DNA of 64,000 bases. Source: Rhina ancylostomus (lineage: Eukaryota). Below are positions 1-13,498 of this stretch, one piece after another. The notes under the pieces were generated by a model. The model saw only the letters and a program-made list of their open reading frames with translations, searched no databases and was not told the DNA's origin. The position numbers were made by a program, and so were the translations under genes. The stretch is taken from positions 33,593,913 to 33,657,912 of the forward strand of contig JARFYF010000094.1 in the NCBI GenBank assembly GCA_030265395.1. The letters are read 5' to 3'. Positions within the stretch are counted from its first letter, which is position 1; each line of letters begins with the position of its first letter.

Positions 1-1869
1 TCACAAGTCACTAATGTTTTCCATCTCTCTCTACTGCAAGTTCAACTTGTTGGGAAGACTAAGAAACAAGTTGCTTTTGCTTGAAACTGTGTTTCTCCTG
101 ATTAAGTGGCACAGGGACATTTTTGACTCAACTGTTTCTGTGCAATTCAGGAAGTAAATTCAATTGAACAAGGCTTAAGTGTGTTTAGAAGATTCTCTTC
201 AACAAGAGTTTGTGCCTTTTCCTTTCAACTAAACATCTGGCTGTTCCACTCTGTCAAACTTTGGTTAGTGATGGCCATTGCTTTGAGAGCAACTGCCTAA
301 ACGGACCAATCATACCCAATGCTGCAGGTGATCATACGTCCCCATGATCAATGACAGCATTGGGACCACATATTGAGGGATCTGTGAACTGCACTTATCA
401 ATTCACAGAACTGTTGATATGTTGTTAGATCTGCCAGTAATGTAGTTTTATAGAAATAAAAATTACAGCACATAAAAACAATATCCCATGGGGACATCTT
501 AAATCAAGCAGGTTCACTACTTTCAGCGTAACATACTTCAGTTGAACTGCGTGTTAATAATGTAAGCTCTAAATTATAAGCGTTTGATCAATTTCTGCCA
601 TAAAGTAAATAATACCCACTAAACACATTGACGATGTGATTATGTGTGCAAAATAACAAAGAGGAAATAACTTTAGGTGAACAGGAAAAAGGTACCAGAA
701 AGTCCCTGGTCCAAGTACCTGACACGCAAGATTTCACTGGAAAATGTGTGTAAACATTGCAAAGTATTCCCAAAATTGCATGTTAATGTACTATTTCCAC
801 ACAGAAAACTGACAAATGGATTTTTTCTCTTCCAACTTCAAGACTAACATCTTTAAATAAAACATCTTTCACCTTACATGAGAAGATTCATCGGTGTGTT
901 TGTGTACTTCTGGCCCAGGAGAAATATTGCTATCGTTACACTCACATACCATTTTTTTGGGGGGCTCTCACGTTCTCTTTCAACCTCCACGATACTGTTC
1001 ACCTTAAATAACAGCCCTTAAATATGCAAGATGAATGATTCTGGAGTTCAGTCATACATACCAATCTCCCAATATTGATTTGGCGGTCTTACTGTCCAAT
1101 TCCACTGAACTGTGACCCAGCTGAACTTGCTGCATGCAATAACTCAGTCACAAGTCAAAGTTGCTGACCCTTGGCACTCTGGTACAATTGACAATACATG
1201 CAAAAACCTCAGACAAACAATATTACATCCAAGTGGTCACGGAAGAATACCATGAAAAATCAGTTTTAGTGTTACAAACTCAGCCAGAACTTGCCAAGCA
1301 AGAGTCACCAATTTCTTTCAGCAATCCTAAAGATCCCATTAATTTATAAAAAATATCTTTGCAAACATGTTAAGACACAGCATCTATACAGATCCAAGAT
1401 ATTTATTTGCAAGATAGAAAACTTAACTTATAAATATGTTGAGTCTTCAGGCTCCTGTTACAATCTGCTTGTTCCAGTCAGTGTAATCACTACAAAGCAT
1501 GTGCACCACAGGACTTTCCTGTCCTCCAGGATCACTCTATGTTCCAGCATATAGATCCACTACATCAAGTTCATCAAACATTCCTCATTAATAAACCTTG
1601 GTCCTCCTTTCTTTCTGGACTGTTTGTTCTAAGGGCTATTCATTTTCTGCTGGTCTGTTTCAAAAATTTCCCCACCATCAATATTAAATTAATAGTTTCC
1701 AGGTTCATCCCTTTCTCTTTCTTTGAACAATGGTGCAACATTTGTAGTCCTCTAGTCTTTTTGGAACCACCTTATATTTTAGAAGGATGAGAAGATCATT
1801 GCCAGTATATCTCCAGTTTCTAATTTCATGACCCAAACATTTCCCTTTACCTTCTTAATCAACATCCAC

Positions 1870-2003
1870 AAACACACATCATTAAGTCTAGGAGCTAATC
1901 TGTGGCCAATTGTAAACCAACTCAGATCAGTAGTCTGGGAATCAAACCCAATCTGTGTGGATTGAAGATGGCATCTTCCCCTTGATTGAGTTGCTAATTC
2001 CAC
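1870..2003 (-). mobile_element. Ancient tRNA-derived SINE head (degenerate)
   Basis: Minus strand has a B-box-like GGTTTGATTCCC followed by CTGAGTTGG...TACAATTGGCC, resembling the element at 32170-32390. Confidence 0.4.
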
Positions 2004-2065
2004 TTTGCAAATTCAAACAGTTAACCAATGTTTTCAGTAGTGGCAATTAGTTTTATTTTATTTGC

Positions 2066-2116
2066 CTCTTTGTTTGTTGCTCCAGATTCCAGCAGTGACA
2101 GTCTCTTGTGTCTCTA
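2066..2116. mobile_element. Penelope-type terminal repeat fragment
   Basis: ttgctccagattccagcagtgacagtctcttgtgtctct matches the end of the 37162-37290 element; flanked by imperfect TAGTTTTA(T/C)TTT direct repeats. Confidence 0.55.
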
Positions 2117-2524
2117 GTTTTACTTTTAGTGTTATCAGAGTCATCTACAATATTCTAGAGGCTTGATCTTCCTATAAATGAGGGGTAATTGTATGGGGGA
2201 AACAGCTATGTAAAACTGTTTTTCAAAAATTTTTAGAAAGCAAATAATAGGACCATTTCTCATTAAGTATTAAGGAGTAGCTGATGACTATTTCTCCTAC
2301 ATGTAATTTGTGCAACTTTATAAACTACTTGCTTTATTTTATGTGTTAATACTTCCTGCTAACATTCTCTCCATCTAAAAATGGTGACTTCCCAATGGCA
2401 TATCTTAGGTCACTTACAGACAGTAAGATTCAATAAGTTAAAATATGGCTTAAGAAGGCAGAACTTAAGATTTTGGGACATCAAAGCAAATTCAATGATA
2501 GGCAGAGTGATCATTCTGAATGTG

Positions 2525-2920
2525 CTAAAACTAGCAGACTGTTATCTAGAAGGAGACAGAATTCAAAGTACTGAAGTGCAAAGGAACCTAGGAGTACTCG
2601 TACAGGATACCCTAAAGGTTAGCCACCAGGTTGGATCAGCGGTAAGGAAAGAGAATGCTATGTTGGCATTCATTTCAAGAGGTATAGTGTTTAAAAGTAA
2701 GGAAATAGTGGTGAAACTCTATGGGGCACTGGTGAGGCCTCATTTGGAATATTGTGTGCAGTTCTGGGCCCCATATCTTAGGAAGGATGTGCTNNNNNNN
2801 NNNNNNNNNNNNNNNNNNNNNNNNNNNNNNNNNNNNNNNNNNNNNNNNNNNNNNNNNNNNNNNNNNNNNNNNNNNNNNNNNNNNNNNNNNNNNTTCTGCT
2901 CCCTTATCTTGTAATCTTGT
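2525..2920 (+). mobile_element. CR1 LINE 3' part (ORF2 C-terminus and 3' end), interrupted by gap 2794-2893; probably nested in older CR1 debris (~2380-3130)
   Basis: ORF reads QRNLGVLVQDTLKVSHQVGSAVRKENAMLAFISRGIVFKSKEIVVKLYGALVRPHLEYCVQFWAPYLRKDV, a typical CR1 ORF2 region; post-gap ttctgctcccttatcttgtaatcttg is a CR1-type tail. Confidence 0.93.
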
Positions 2921-3769
2921 GACCTGCAAAAAGAATTACCTGGACATTGGGAGAGAATTTAAACTTTGATGACAAGGAGGAAAACATCATGGAACAGTAA
3001 AACTAGTAAAGTTAGTAAACACCAACTGCAAAAAGGGAAAAATAACCATAAGCCAATAAACCATGCATATGATTTTGACTTCAATACAAAGAGTTAATAG
3101 AATTGTGTTGCTCAAGAGGGAGCAGTAAAATGCCAGAAAGATTGGGGGTGACTAGAGCAAACAGAAACAGGGAAGTGTAAATCAGCTAATAAAACCATAA
3201 AAGAAAATAATTTGGCTTTTTATCTCATTGGTGTTTGTGTTACTTTGTTGAGCAATAAACTTTTCAACATAATGCAGAAACAAAAGGATGAACATGTCTT
3301 TAGTTATCCAACAGTTAAACTTGGGGAAGTGGTGGTGGTAGGGAGGGTGTAGATGTAGGTGTGGGGACAAGTACAGGGGAGGGGGAAAGGATGAAATAAT
3401 AAACATTTCCATGGTACCTGAAATGGATGTTTAATTAATTAGCACATCATAAAACCATAAACCCAGTGGCAAGATTGCTTTTTGACATTTTCTTCAACAG
3501 TAAAACCAAACCCCACGACATTTCTTGCTCCTGAACTCGTATATAAACCACACTGTTAAAAACATGTCTGCCTTATTAAAAAAAAAGGGGGTTTTCCTTC
3601 TCTCCACTTTGAGCTCAAGAAGCAGAAGTGTGTTGTCTCTATTGGGAAAGTAGCTTTGGCTATCTGAACTAAGAATCCAGGCCATCCAAGCTCATGAGCA
3701 GAAAGTGAGAGAACAGAACCTCAGTTTAAATAGTCTGTAAACTGAAACATTTCACAAACTGGTTTCTCT

Positions 3770-4160
3770 GGAGGCGCTGCTTCAAGAAGACAACATCTAC
3801 CATCAAAGATCCTCACCATGCCATCTTTTTGCAACTATCTTTGGGCAGGAAGTACAGAAGCCTTAAGTCCCACACCACCAGCTTCAAGAACAGCTGCTTG
3901 CCTTCAACCATTTAGTTCTTGAACCAACCAGCAGAACCCGAACCACCATTACAGTTAATAACACTATGACCACTCTGATCACTTGACACTAAAATGGACT
4001 TTATTTTGTTCTAAATATGTTGTGTTGCTTGTAAAAATGGTGTATAACTTATGTTTTTCTTTTGAACGCTGCTTATATTATGCTATGTGCCTGTGATGCT
4101 ACTACAAGTAAGCTTTTCATTGCAACTCTGCATATGACAATAAACTCGTCTTTGACTAAT
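3770..4160 (+). mobile_element. Rex-Babar-type LINE 3' fragment
   Basis: Translates as RRCFKKTTSTIKDPHHAIFLQLSLGRKYRSLKSHTTSFKNSCLPSTI*FLN, then a 3' UTR ending ttttcattgca...atgacaataaac. Confidence 0.8.
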
Positions 4161-4399
4161 AAACATCTTCAATGTCTGCAGTCTACTGTTCTGCTATTAA
4201 ACCTAGGCAGGTTTGTTTTGTTTTCAAACAACACATGAACATCCAAAAATTTTGCAATCACCTCAGGGAATTAGATGATGTTCTACTAACATCAGAAAAA
4301 TAATTCTGCACACATTTACTCTGGCTTATTGCCCTGAAGCAATTTGACACTGGAATAGTATAGAAATATGGCAAAAAAATGTTGGGCTGAATAGTTTAT

Positions 4400-4720
4400 G
4401 GTGATATTTGAACCAAAACTAAGTCTCCTGCATTCAATTTATCTCATCTCAGTCTTTCAGCACATCTTTCTATTCCCTTTTTTATCATATGCACGTCTAG
4501 TTTCCTTTTGAAAACATCCAAGCTATTTGTCTCAACCACTTCCTGTGAGAGCATGTTTCACATTCTAACCACTGAGTGAAGAAAATTCTCCATATTTCCA
4601 CAATGAACTTATTAATAACTATGTTGTATTGATGGATTCTCCCACAAGTGGAAATATTCTCTCCATATCTATTCCATCCAACTGACTCATAACTTTAAAG
4701 ACCTCTATTAGGCCTCCTTT
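4400..4720 (-). mobile_element. Old CR1 3' fragment
   Basis: ctcaaccacttcctgtgagagcatgtttcacattctaaccactgagtgaagaaaattctc and ttctcccacaagtggaaata are antisense CR1 3' ORF2 signatures. Confidence 0.65.
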
Positions 4721-5489
4721 AACTTTGCCCTTTATATTCATGGTTTCAGAGTCTCTAGCCACTACTTACTTTCTGAAAACTAAACTGTGACTTTCCTAAT
4801 AATTGAAATGATAAACCTTACCTTATCTATTCTTGTTATTTTTCTTTACTGCTTTTTCCTTTCTCTTCTTTCCTAGTGGATTAAATGTAAAATTAAAATA
4901 CATAATGTTGTATAATATGATGGGTCCACCTGGAATATAGGAGTAGGCTTCTACTAAGGAAGGGATTTCATAGTCCTGAAGAAAATGTTGCAAAAATGTT
5001 AAAGGACAACAGAAGTTGGAATAATAAGGAAAGTGCAACTAGCATTGGATGCTTCCAAACCTTGAAGATAAGGGTAAAGTTATTCAAAATGATAAAATTA
5101 ATCGATGATATGATTTCGCAGATTATATAAATTAGACGCTGGTTCCAAGATACAACACAAAAAACAAACAAACTTATTCATACAAAGAGATGTGGGAATA
5201 TGCAATGAATTTTTGTGGGAGGCAACAGATGTTTTCCTAAATGCAGCATTCAAAAAGGTAAAGGGTTTAGGAAGTAAAATGGGAAAATGGCATTCGTCTA
5301 GAAGGAAGAAAGAAGAACAGAAAATTGGAAATTAACCCAGAAGGGAGATGTAGATTCATTAGAAGCAAGAAACACCAAATGGATATCCTCGACTAAAAAT
5401 CTAAATGGAAAACAATGCAAGAAAAAAAAAATTTCATGGCCAACTAGCAAATCTATAAATAACTAATGACTATCTTAGATGCCCTGCCA

Positions 5490-6052
5490 GGTATTGTTGA
5501 ATAGGTACCACAACCACTGAATACAACCAATGTCATCACTGCAAAATGTTTCAAGTCTACAGGAATGATGAACTATCCTCTCTGGCCAACATCCTGAGCA
5601 TGGTGGCTCTGATCATGCTTAACCAACTTCAATGGTCACGTGCCTGACACCAGACTCTTGAAACAAGCACTCCATTCTTAACCCTATGACAACAAGCATC
5701 TCCAGAACAAAGAAAACACTTTAAGGATGTCATCAAAGATTCCTTGCAACAAAATATAACATTCTCACCAATTCATGGGAATCTCTTGCCCAAGATCAGT
5801 CAAGCTGGTGGGAGACCATTGAGGAAGGTACCAAGTACTTTAGGTCACTCCAACAGGGAGCATGTGGAGAACTATGTAAATGATAAAAGGAGCATTGAAC
5901 AATCCTCAACCTTGTCCCATCAAGCTCCAACTGCTCCACCTGTGGCAAAACCTGCAGATGCAAAGTGGAGTATATTAGACACATCAGTATCCATAAGCCC
6001 CAAATGGAAGCGTGTCACTCTCAATGTAGAGGGATTGCCAAAGACAAAGAAG
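5490..6052 (+). mobile_element. RTE-clade LINE 3' fragment (decayed)
   Basis: Frameshifted RTE ORF2 C-terminal pieces: caacttcaatgg (QLQW), cctgacaccagactc (PDTRL), tttaaggatgtcatcaaagattccttg (FKDVIKDSL), tgggaatctcttgcccaagatc (WESLAQD), then a zinc-knuckle-like remnant. Confidence 0.7.
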
Positions 6053-6184
6053 AAAAATCATACCTTTTTTTAAATTCTTGTGCAGGAATACATCTTTCAG
6101 CTTCAAAATTCAAACTAACAAATGAGGATGAGGAAAGATATTAGTTCCTTCTGACTCTTTATTTAAGACATTTTCTGTTGATTA

Positions 6185-6995
6185 TCTTCTTAGGCATCCT
6201 TGAGATCAAGGATAACTTGCTTCCACTCTGGTTTTGTGGGTTCTGAGGTGACCGATGAGAACAATGTGGGAACCCTGATGAGGGGGTTGGGTGGGTAGAA
6301 TGTGAATTGGTGGGTTTTTTTCCTGTCATTTATGCAGAGCTCTGTGTGAACAAGGTTCTCAATATGATCCTGAATGCTCCTCCTCCACTTTGAGCCATCA
6401 TAGGCCAGGTGCTGTATTCTTCAAAGAGGCTTTGAGCACATCCTCTTCCAATGGCAGAGCTCAGAACTGAGTCTTACCATCAAGCACGGGAACAATGTGG
6501 CTAACCCAATGAAACCAACCGAGTGCAATTAAGGCCTCAAAGCTAGAGATGTTGGCTTTGGAAAAAAAATACTGAAATTTGGAGTGAATTCCAAATTTCT
6601 TCCAGTGAATTTAGAGGATTTTGCAGAGGCAGAATTGGTGGTGTGCCTGTTGCAGATAGTTCAGTTTCAGAATACAGGAGGGCAGGGATTACAGCTGCTT
6701 ACTAGATTATGAGTTTAGTGCCAGCTCTGAGGTCTTGATCTTCAAACACCCTTTCTCTCAACTGACTAAAGGCATTGAAGACAATGCTAAGTTTCATCAT
6801 GAATGTCTGCCTTCATCGAGAATTGGCTTCTGAGACAGAAAAAGTGATCCACATTTTCCAGGATGTCACCTATGAATTTTTATTGTCGGAGGGCAGTGTC
6901 ATGCAGCAGGGACAGGTCCATTGCAATGCCCATCCTCTCATATGATTCTGTGAACAAATCAATGATAGCTTGGAGCTCAGTCTCCAAACTATCTG
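6185..6995 (-). mobile_element. RTE-clade LINE fragment (decayed), tail-to-tail with the 5490-6052 copy
   Basis: Antisense motifs gaggctttgagcacatcc (DVLKAS), tgagacagaaaaagtgatccacattttccag (LENVDHF.L) and tagcttggagctcag (ELQAI). Confidence 0.7.
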
Positions 6996-7482
6996 TTGAT
7001 TATAATGTGGCAAAGGTCACTATTGCGTAATTCATCTCTCTCTCATTGAAAACTGAATTAGTATGCATCAAAAGTATTTCAAGAATATTACCTGAATCTC
7101 TTTTTAACTTTGTTTCCAGTTTTGTTTCAAATATATTTCATAAACATTTGAGTAGGAGCTAAAAACTAAAGAAAACTATACGACTATTTAGCTGAAGTAC
7201 CGATAATGGTTAAATACACCACATACGTTAAAACTATATGATTTGCATCCAGCTAAAGAACTGCAGGTTTGGGGAAAAATATCAAGGTATGGGGAAGGTA
7301 GAGGCCGATAAGTAAAAAGTTTTACAGAGAGATTAAGAACAATATAGCCACTATGAATAAAAATGACAAACAAAAATTTAATTTAGAAAGCATCGAGTGA
7401 TCTATAAAGATAACTGGATCATGTAGTTATTACAGGGAGCAATGACAGGTCAAAGACCAGATTAACACTGGAAATCCTATCA

Positions 7483-7498
7483 CAGCGCCACCTACAGG
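7483..7498 (-). promoter_or_regulatory. Candidate CTCF site
   Basis: Minus strand CCTGTAGGTGGCGCTG is close to the CTCF core CCRSYAGRKGGCRS, with the CpG retained. Confidence 0.5.
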
Positions 7499-10121
7499 AA
7501 AGCCAAACAGGTAGGCTTAATGGGTAAATCTGAACATTTTTACATTTGAATTCTCATGGGAAATTTCTTTTTAAACATGACAGCTTTCAACAGAATGTGT
7601 GACCCGTGGAGGAATTATTGAATCAATAAAGAATCTGGCTCATGAGCTTAATAGTAAGNNNNNGAAATCTAATAGCTCATAGAATAAGAGTCCCAAGCAG
7701 CCTTTAAGCAAACAGTGAGAACAGATGTGCAATCACTAAGGTGGCATCATAACTTCAATGTAACTATACCATGTACTTTATGTTAAGCCACAGACGCAGA
7801 ACTTGTTCAATCTCTGGGGTTAACCTGAAGCCATCCCATGAGTTTGAGAGTCTGAAAGTGCAATCCAATCCACTTAAAACACATGCAAGGCCCTGAGAAG
7901 TTTGTATATATTTATTCACCCAAATTCTAAGCAACCTTACACAAATCAGGAGCCAAGTCACAGCAACTACAGAAGTACTCAATTCAATCACCTTTGTTGA
8001 CCAGGATGACTACAACCTAATGCACTGACTGGATGAAAATGTGAAACCAAGTGAGAGCAGCAACAGTCAGCTGTAACATTGTCCCCAGTCAAACATGCTC
8101 AGTGGAGTGATTGCACAAAGATAATGACTGTTCCCATCAGCTGCTGGAGGATACATGGCACCCATAATAGTTTACTCTAAACAGATGTCTGACCTTTCAG
8201 GAGTAGGAAGAGATGAAATTGACAAGACAAATGGTGGACGTCAATTCATTAAATCAAATACATCATGAAATTATTTTGCTTCAAATTAGGACATGTAAAT
8301 ATGGAATCAAGGATATAAATGGATGAATCTTTTGGAAGAGTGTACCAAGTTCTTAGCTGGTTTCTTTGTAAATATTAGTCTAAAAGTAAACAAACTCCCA
8401 CCCAACAGACTCAAAAGTAATTCATGTAACCTTTTGTTTATTTCTTTCTGACCTCAGTTCTGAGCTGTAATTATCTGCTTGTTTACCACCAACTAATAAT
8501 ATTGAATAATTTTTATATTAAGTAAGGAGTTGGGTTTAAAACATATTAAAGTGTAAATAATCCAATCTGCCAAGTATTTTGGCAACTAGCAGACATTTCA
8601 AACAACTAATACAAAGAATAAAACACTGACACCAGCAACCGCCAGCATGGTATTGGACAAAAGGCAGTGATTGTATGTTCATGATTTTAGGGTCTGATAA
8701 TCTTGAGAGTGCCAAGTATGACAATGGCTTGATTACAAACCAACCATAAACAGAATGACTTGGTAGATAAAGGAACTACCAGAAATAATGGGGGGGGGGG
8801 ATAAAATGAGAGATGGTGGATTAAGCTTCAATGTGGACTAGATAGTTTAAACAGTCCAGCAGCTCATCTTTAAACTTACCAAGGATAAACTAATAGTGTG
8901 AAATTACCCAAAAGAAACCTTGATGATCCATTTAGTAATTACGAAATGAAGTCTATGGCTGAGCCATACAGATAGAAGGCTCAAAGTTTGATTCAAACTG
9001 TAAATTGAGTTAAATTTTCTCAGCCAGAGGGACTCCTCAATTAACCTCATCACTGTTGATGAAAAGGGAGGGGAAATAAGCCACAAATCATGTTCACAAT
9101 GTTAATCAGCTGGAATCCAAAAATGTAAAGGGGTTTAGGAAGGCCAAGATCACTTTAACTGTGATGCTTTTCCCATAATTGAAAACCATCATAATTTCAT
9201 TCTAGAGAAACAGCCACTTGGACCAGGTACCTCAGAACAACAGGTGCCCTGCCCTTGCACAAGCAAATATTCTCAAGGACGTAAGCGAAAAATTGGAAAA
9301 GGGGAGTGGGGTGAAGTCAGATTCAGATTTTACATCTCCCTGGCCAATGATTCCACTGTCAATTATTTGAACAAAAGAAAAACTGTACATTGCAAAGTGA
9401 CTTAGCTTATGAGCTTAAAAATAAAGTGGGAATTTATTGATGCTTTGCTAAAAATGAACACATTTAATAAGTTTGTTTCTTCACAACAGCAGATGAATCA
9501 GTATACTGAACATATTAATTTCCTATTTTTAATAATGAACAACCCAAACCATTAGTGCTTTATTTATTATTATTAGATCTGTCTAACTTTCATGTGGTCA
9601 AAAGGAAGCAATTGTGTGAAGAAATACACAAACTTGCATTAGTTTGGAATCGTTCTCTTTTTATAAAGCTCCATAATAAATGGTAAAAATGTGCTTTCAT
9701 CATGGAACAGTCTACATATCTATTGGCATGTGCACCATCAGATCTTTATATGGCAAAAATGTTTGTATATTTTTTTCAGCTAGTTGATTAATATGTCATA
9801 AATCTTGGAGTCTAGCCTGTCAAATGAAAAACAGGATTACATCCAAAGCTGTCAAGATTAGGAAAACTTATCTTGTTCTGCTGGAACAGGATCATTGTTA
9901 GATTCATATCAAATCTTGCAGAGTTATCTCATATTTCAGAAAAGAATGTTTCAATTTCTTTTAAAAGTTTTTTTGATGAACACTGGAAACATGTTAACAC
10001 TTTCAAAACGCATGCATATTAATATGATAGAAAGAAATAACACTTTCTGTTTCAATGTCACTGGAAAGTACTAAAATTGCTTACAACACACTCAGTCCAA
10101 TTCTGAATGCAGGAAAAACAT

Positions 10122-10143
10122 TATATATATATATATATATATA
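10122..10143. repeat. (TA)n microsatellite
   Basis: Uninterrupted TA dinucleotide run. Confidence 0.95.
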
Positions 10144-13100
10144 AAATCTCTGATATCTGAAATCCATCGTTTCTGGCTTTGGGATGTCCACTTGCTGAAT
10201 CTCTCTTACTAAGCTTATGTCCCAGAACTCTCATTGCAGGGGCTCTCCTTATATCTTATTGTCTTATTTGAACCCCAATCCTCAAATCAACATTGTTCCT
10301 ATTGGGATTTCTCTTTATACCTATCTTAACATATATTAAATTGATGTATAATATGCAGGTACACTGAAGGTGTAGGACACTAGGCTAAATGCAGGAGGAC
10401 TGTGTCTGGAGCTCCCACCTTTAATGAAATCAGTTTTTAACAACTCTTTTTTGTTAAATACAGCTGGTGTCAGGAGGATGCGTCCAACTCATAAAGCACA
10501 CCAATGACAATGTACAGTGGCAGTAATACAAGGACATAGTTCATCATGACANNNNNNNNNNNNNNNNNNNNNNNNNNNNNNNNNNNNNNNNNNNNNNNNN
10601 NNNNNNNNNNNNNNNNNNNNNNNNNNNNNNNNNNNNNNNNNNNNNNNNNNNNNNNNNNNNNNNNNNNNNNNNNNNNNNNNNNNNNNNNNNNNNNNNNNNT
10701 TCTCAACATCAAGATTTATGTCGCCAATTAGTGACTAACAGAGAAAATTGGTTGGCAGAAAAATTATATTCTTTGTGGTACAACAAATAAAAGTCCCCCT
10801 ACTAAAGGACATGGGTACAAAACAAGTTCATAAAATATGCTGTTTTCCTGGCACGTATACTTGAGAAAGAAATGGAAAAGAATATGAAAATGATTTCACA
10901 TAGAGTGCTTAACCCTTTTGTGTTCTTGACGCTACAATATTTTAAGTACAAGACATATCTACCCATTTTAAAAAATTCTCAAAATAAACACTTAATATAC
11001 AATGAATTCCTTTATCTGTTACATATTGTATGTAGCTTTAGTTAGCTCTGCATACTCTCCACATCAAACAGCCATCACCACTACTAGAAAGTGGGCTCAT
11101 CAGAGAGCAACTCAAAAGGCACTGTGTGAAAAGAAGTGGAAAATTAAAGCTGAAGCCGTCTAGGAAGGGTTTAATTTACTGGCGTGTACAGTATGCAAAT
11201 GANNNNNNNNNNNNNNNNNNNNNNNNNNNNNNNNNNNNNNNNNNNNNNNNNNNNNNNNNNNNNNNNNNNNNNNNNNNNNNNNNNNNNNNNNNNNNNNNNN
11301 NNNNNNNNNNNNNNNNNNNNNNNNNNNNNNNNNNNNNNNNNNNNNNNNNNNNNNNNNNNNNNNNNNNNNNNNNNACCCTAAACAAATATATGCTTAAGAA
11401 TCAGTTTTTAAAATTCTGATGCTGAAGAAGCTACGAGAATCAAAATTGAAACAGTAAATTACCAAAAGGCTGATGATACAAAATTTAAAGATGTAGCATT
11501 TCATTTTATTCACTAAAGAACCCATTAAACCATAAGCTCTGGAGAACTATGTAAATTATCTGCCTTTCAAGGTAGAGCTGGGGCAAATCCACTCCATCAA
11601 CTAATGATGGACCTCATTACATGCAGAGAGTATTCATAATGAGGAAGCAGCCGCCCGCCATTCCACATTCTAACATAAATCCCTATGAAATGTTAATATC
11701 TCACTTCTAATTAGAGACTACCAAGTCCAAATGTGCCTTCATGGGTAATAAGTAGCAAAATAAATTTCTGTTTTAATAGTACATTGCATAAGAACCTCAT
11801 ATGTGGTTATTTATTTTTTAATATAAGAATACTTGCAGGTTTTGGCTCCTTGCTGCTTTTGGTGACTGCAAATGTAATCAACTAATATAAATGAAATCTT
11901 TGTTTTGTAGTAATGAGTACAGATCCTCCTAACCCAAATCTTCAGAATCAGTGTCAGAAACCAGTTTCCATGCAATAAAATGTCAGACTGGAGTCATTAA
12001 AACTGCACTTTCACAATCAAATGGAATGAACAAAGAAAATAAACAGAGAAGTCAGAAACAGCATAACTGTACAAGAAAACATTTTTATGAGCAAAATCAT
12101 ATCTATTGAAATAATTTTACTCTAATTAATGCATAACTATAGCAGTAAAAATCAAACCCATTTAAACTACAGTCAGTAACTTTTATAAATAAAGAAATCA
12201 GGTCAACCAGTCACATCCTTCCATTTTACAGTTTACTAAAAAACTAATTATTCGAGTATTAAGGTTCATTCCAAACAGAATGTCAATTTCTTGCTGTAGT
12301 CAAACAGTGTAATTAAAGAAGAAACATGGCATTCTACACTACTGATTATCAGGTTTGCAAGCTGTTCAGTGAAAAACACCACCACCACAGAACACCCTTT
12401 ATCACATCCCTGTATGTAAACAATCAACATGAAGGGCCACTACTTTGCAGAACATCTGTTCAAATTTATATTGATGTTTAAAATCAAAATCCAAGTCCCC
12501 AGCACAGTTTAGCAGAACAGATCTTGGAATCATAAAGTTCTATCCCTTCTCTTTTACAGTCACAAGTCTTACATATGTGAACTATTTTATACTGCAATAG
12601 AAGTTTTTACTTCATTTAGCACTGTTCATTTTTAAAATGAACAATGCAAAGAGGAATAAGGAATTTCACGCATGCATTATTTTCTCTTTAAATGCACTTG
12701 TTTCCACTGACTCAAGTCCTAGCAGCCAATTTCTCCTTCTAGCCACTCTCAGTCTAGGTCAACCAGTCAGGCACCAGGAAGACAATCCTCCAAAAACCAC
12801 TTGTCCCTCCCACGGTGTCCCATTGTGGAACAACCTACCTTTGTTCAAGCGCTATAGATAACTTGCGAATCTCAGTAACATGAGGATTTTGAAACGGATG
12901 TGAGGTCTCAGATGAGTTTCAAGCAGATGAGAAAAGATGGGCAGGAAAAAAAAACTCAGCAACAGTCACTGCCAACACAACCAAGTATTTACAGCATTGT
13001 TTACACTAGATTGAGTGCACCTCAGCCCGATCACGTTTAGAACGGATGGCATTTTTTCCATAACTAGTAATTAAAACAAAACGCTCAGCTCTATGATTGT

Positions 13101-13476
13101 TTTTGCGACTGAGGACAATGATACACAAAATCAGTATTTAATCACTGGGATATGTCTTTGGTGAGTAGCATGAGGGGTGACAGAGGTTCAGGCCTAAATC
13201 AGCATGCTTACCTTAATATTCCTAATAAAGGGAGCGTTCAAACACTACTCCTGATAGCTCAACTGAGGTGTAAGCAGAGCTCCATCTCAAGGAAGCAGGC
13301 ACTCGCTGAAAGCTTTTTACAGAGCAACAGAGACACAAGTGATTCACATGGCTAGACATATTAACTACAGCAGCTAGAGGGAACTGTAATGCTTGGGCAG
13401 CACGGAATAGCAAGTTTACACTTGCAGTGCCCAGAGTCAGAGGAAGAGAGTTGCTTAGGATTTATGTGACACCTTT

Positions 13477-13498
13477 TTCCGGGAAGCCTTTTCTGGAA
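13477..13498. promoter_or_regulatory. STAT (GAS) motif with adjacent partial GAS
   Basis: TTCCGGGAA at 13477-13485 and TTTCTGGAA at 13490-13498, in repeat-free DNA next to a CpG-rich patch. Confidence 0.35.

Noticed and set aside
950-1002. Minus-strand exon VNSIVEVERERESPPKK
   Set aside because: Weak AAG acceptor with little pyrimidine tract, adjacent to old repeat-like sequence, and peptide not recognised.
2381-2914. 177-aa ORF as a host gene
   Set aside because: It is CR1 ORF2 remnant read through an N-gap.
11203-11378. SINE inside the gap
   Set aside because: Only the post-gap ACCC hints at a minus-strand SINE head; too little sequence to call.
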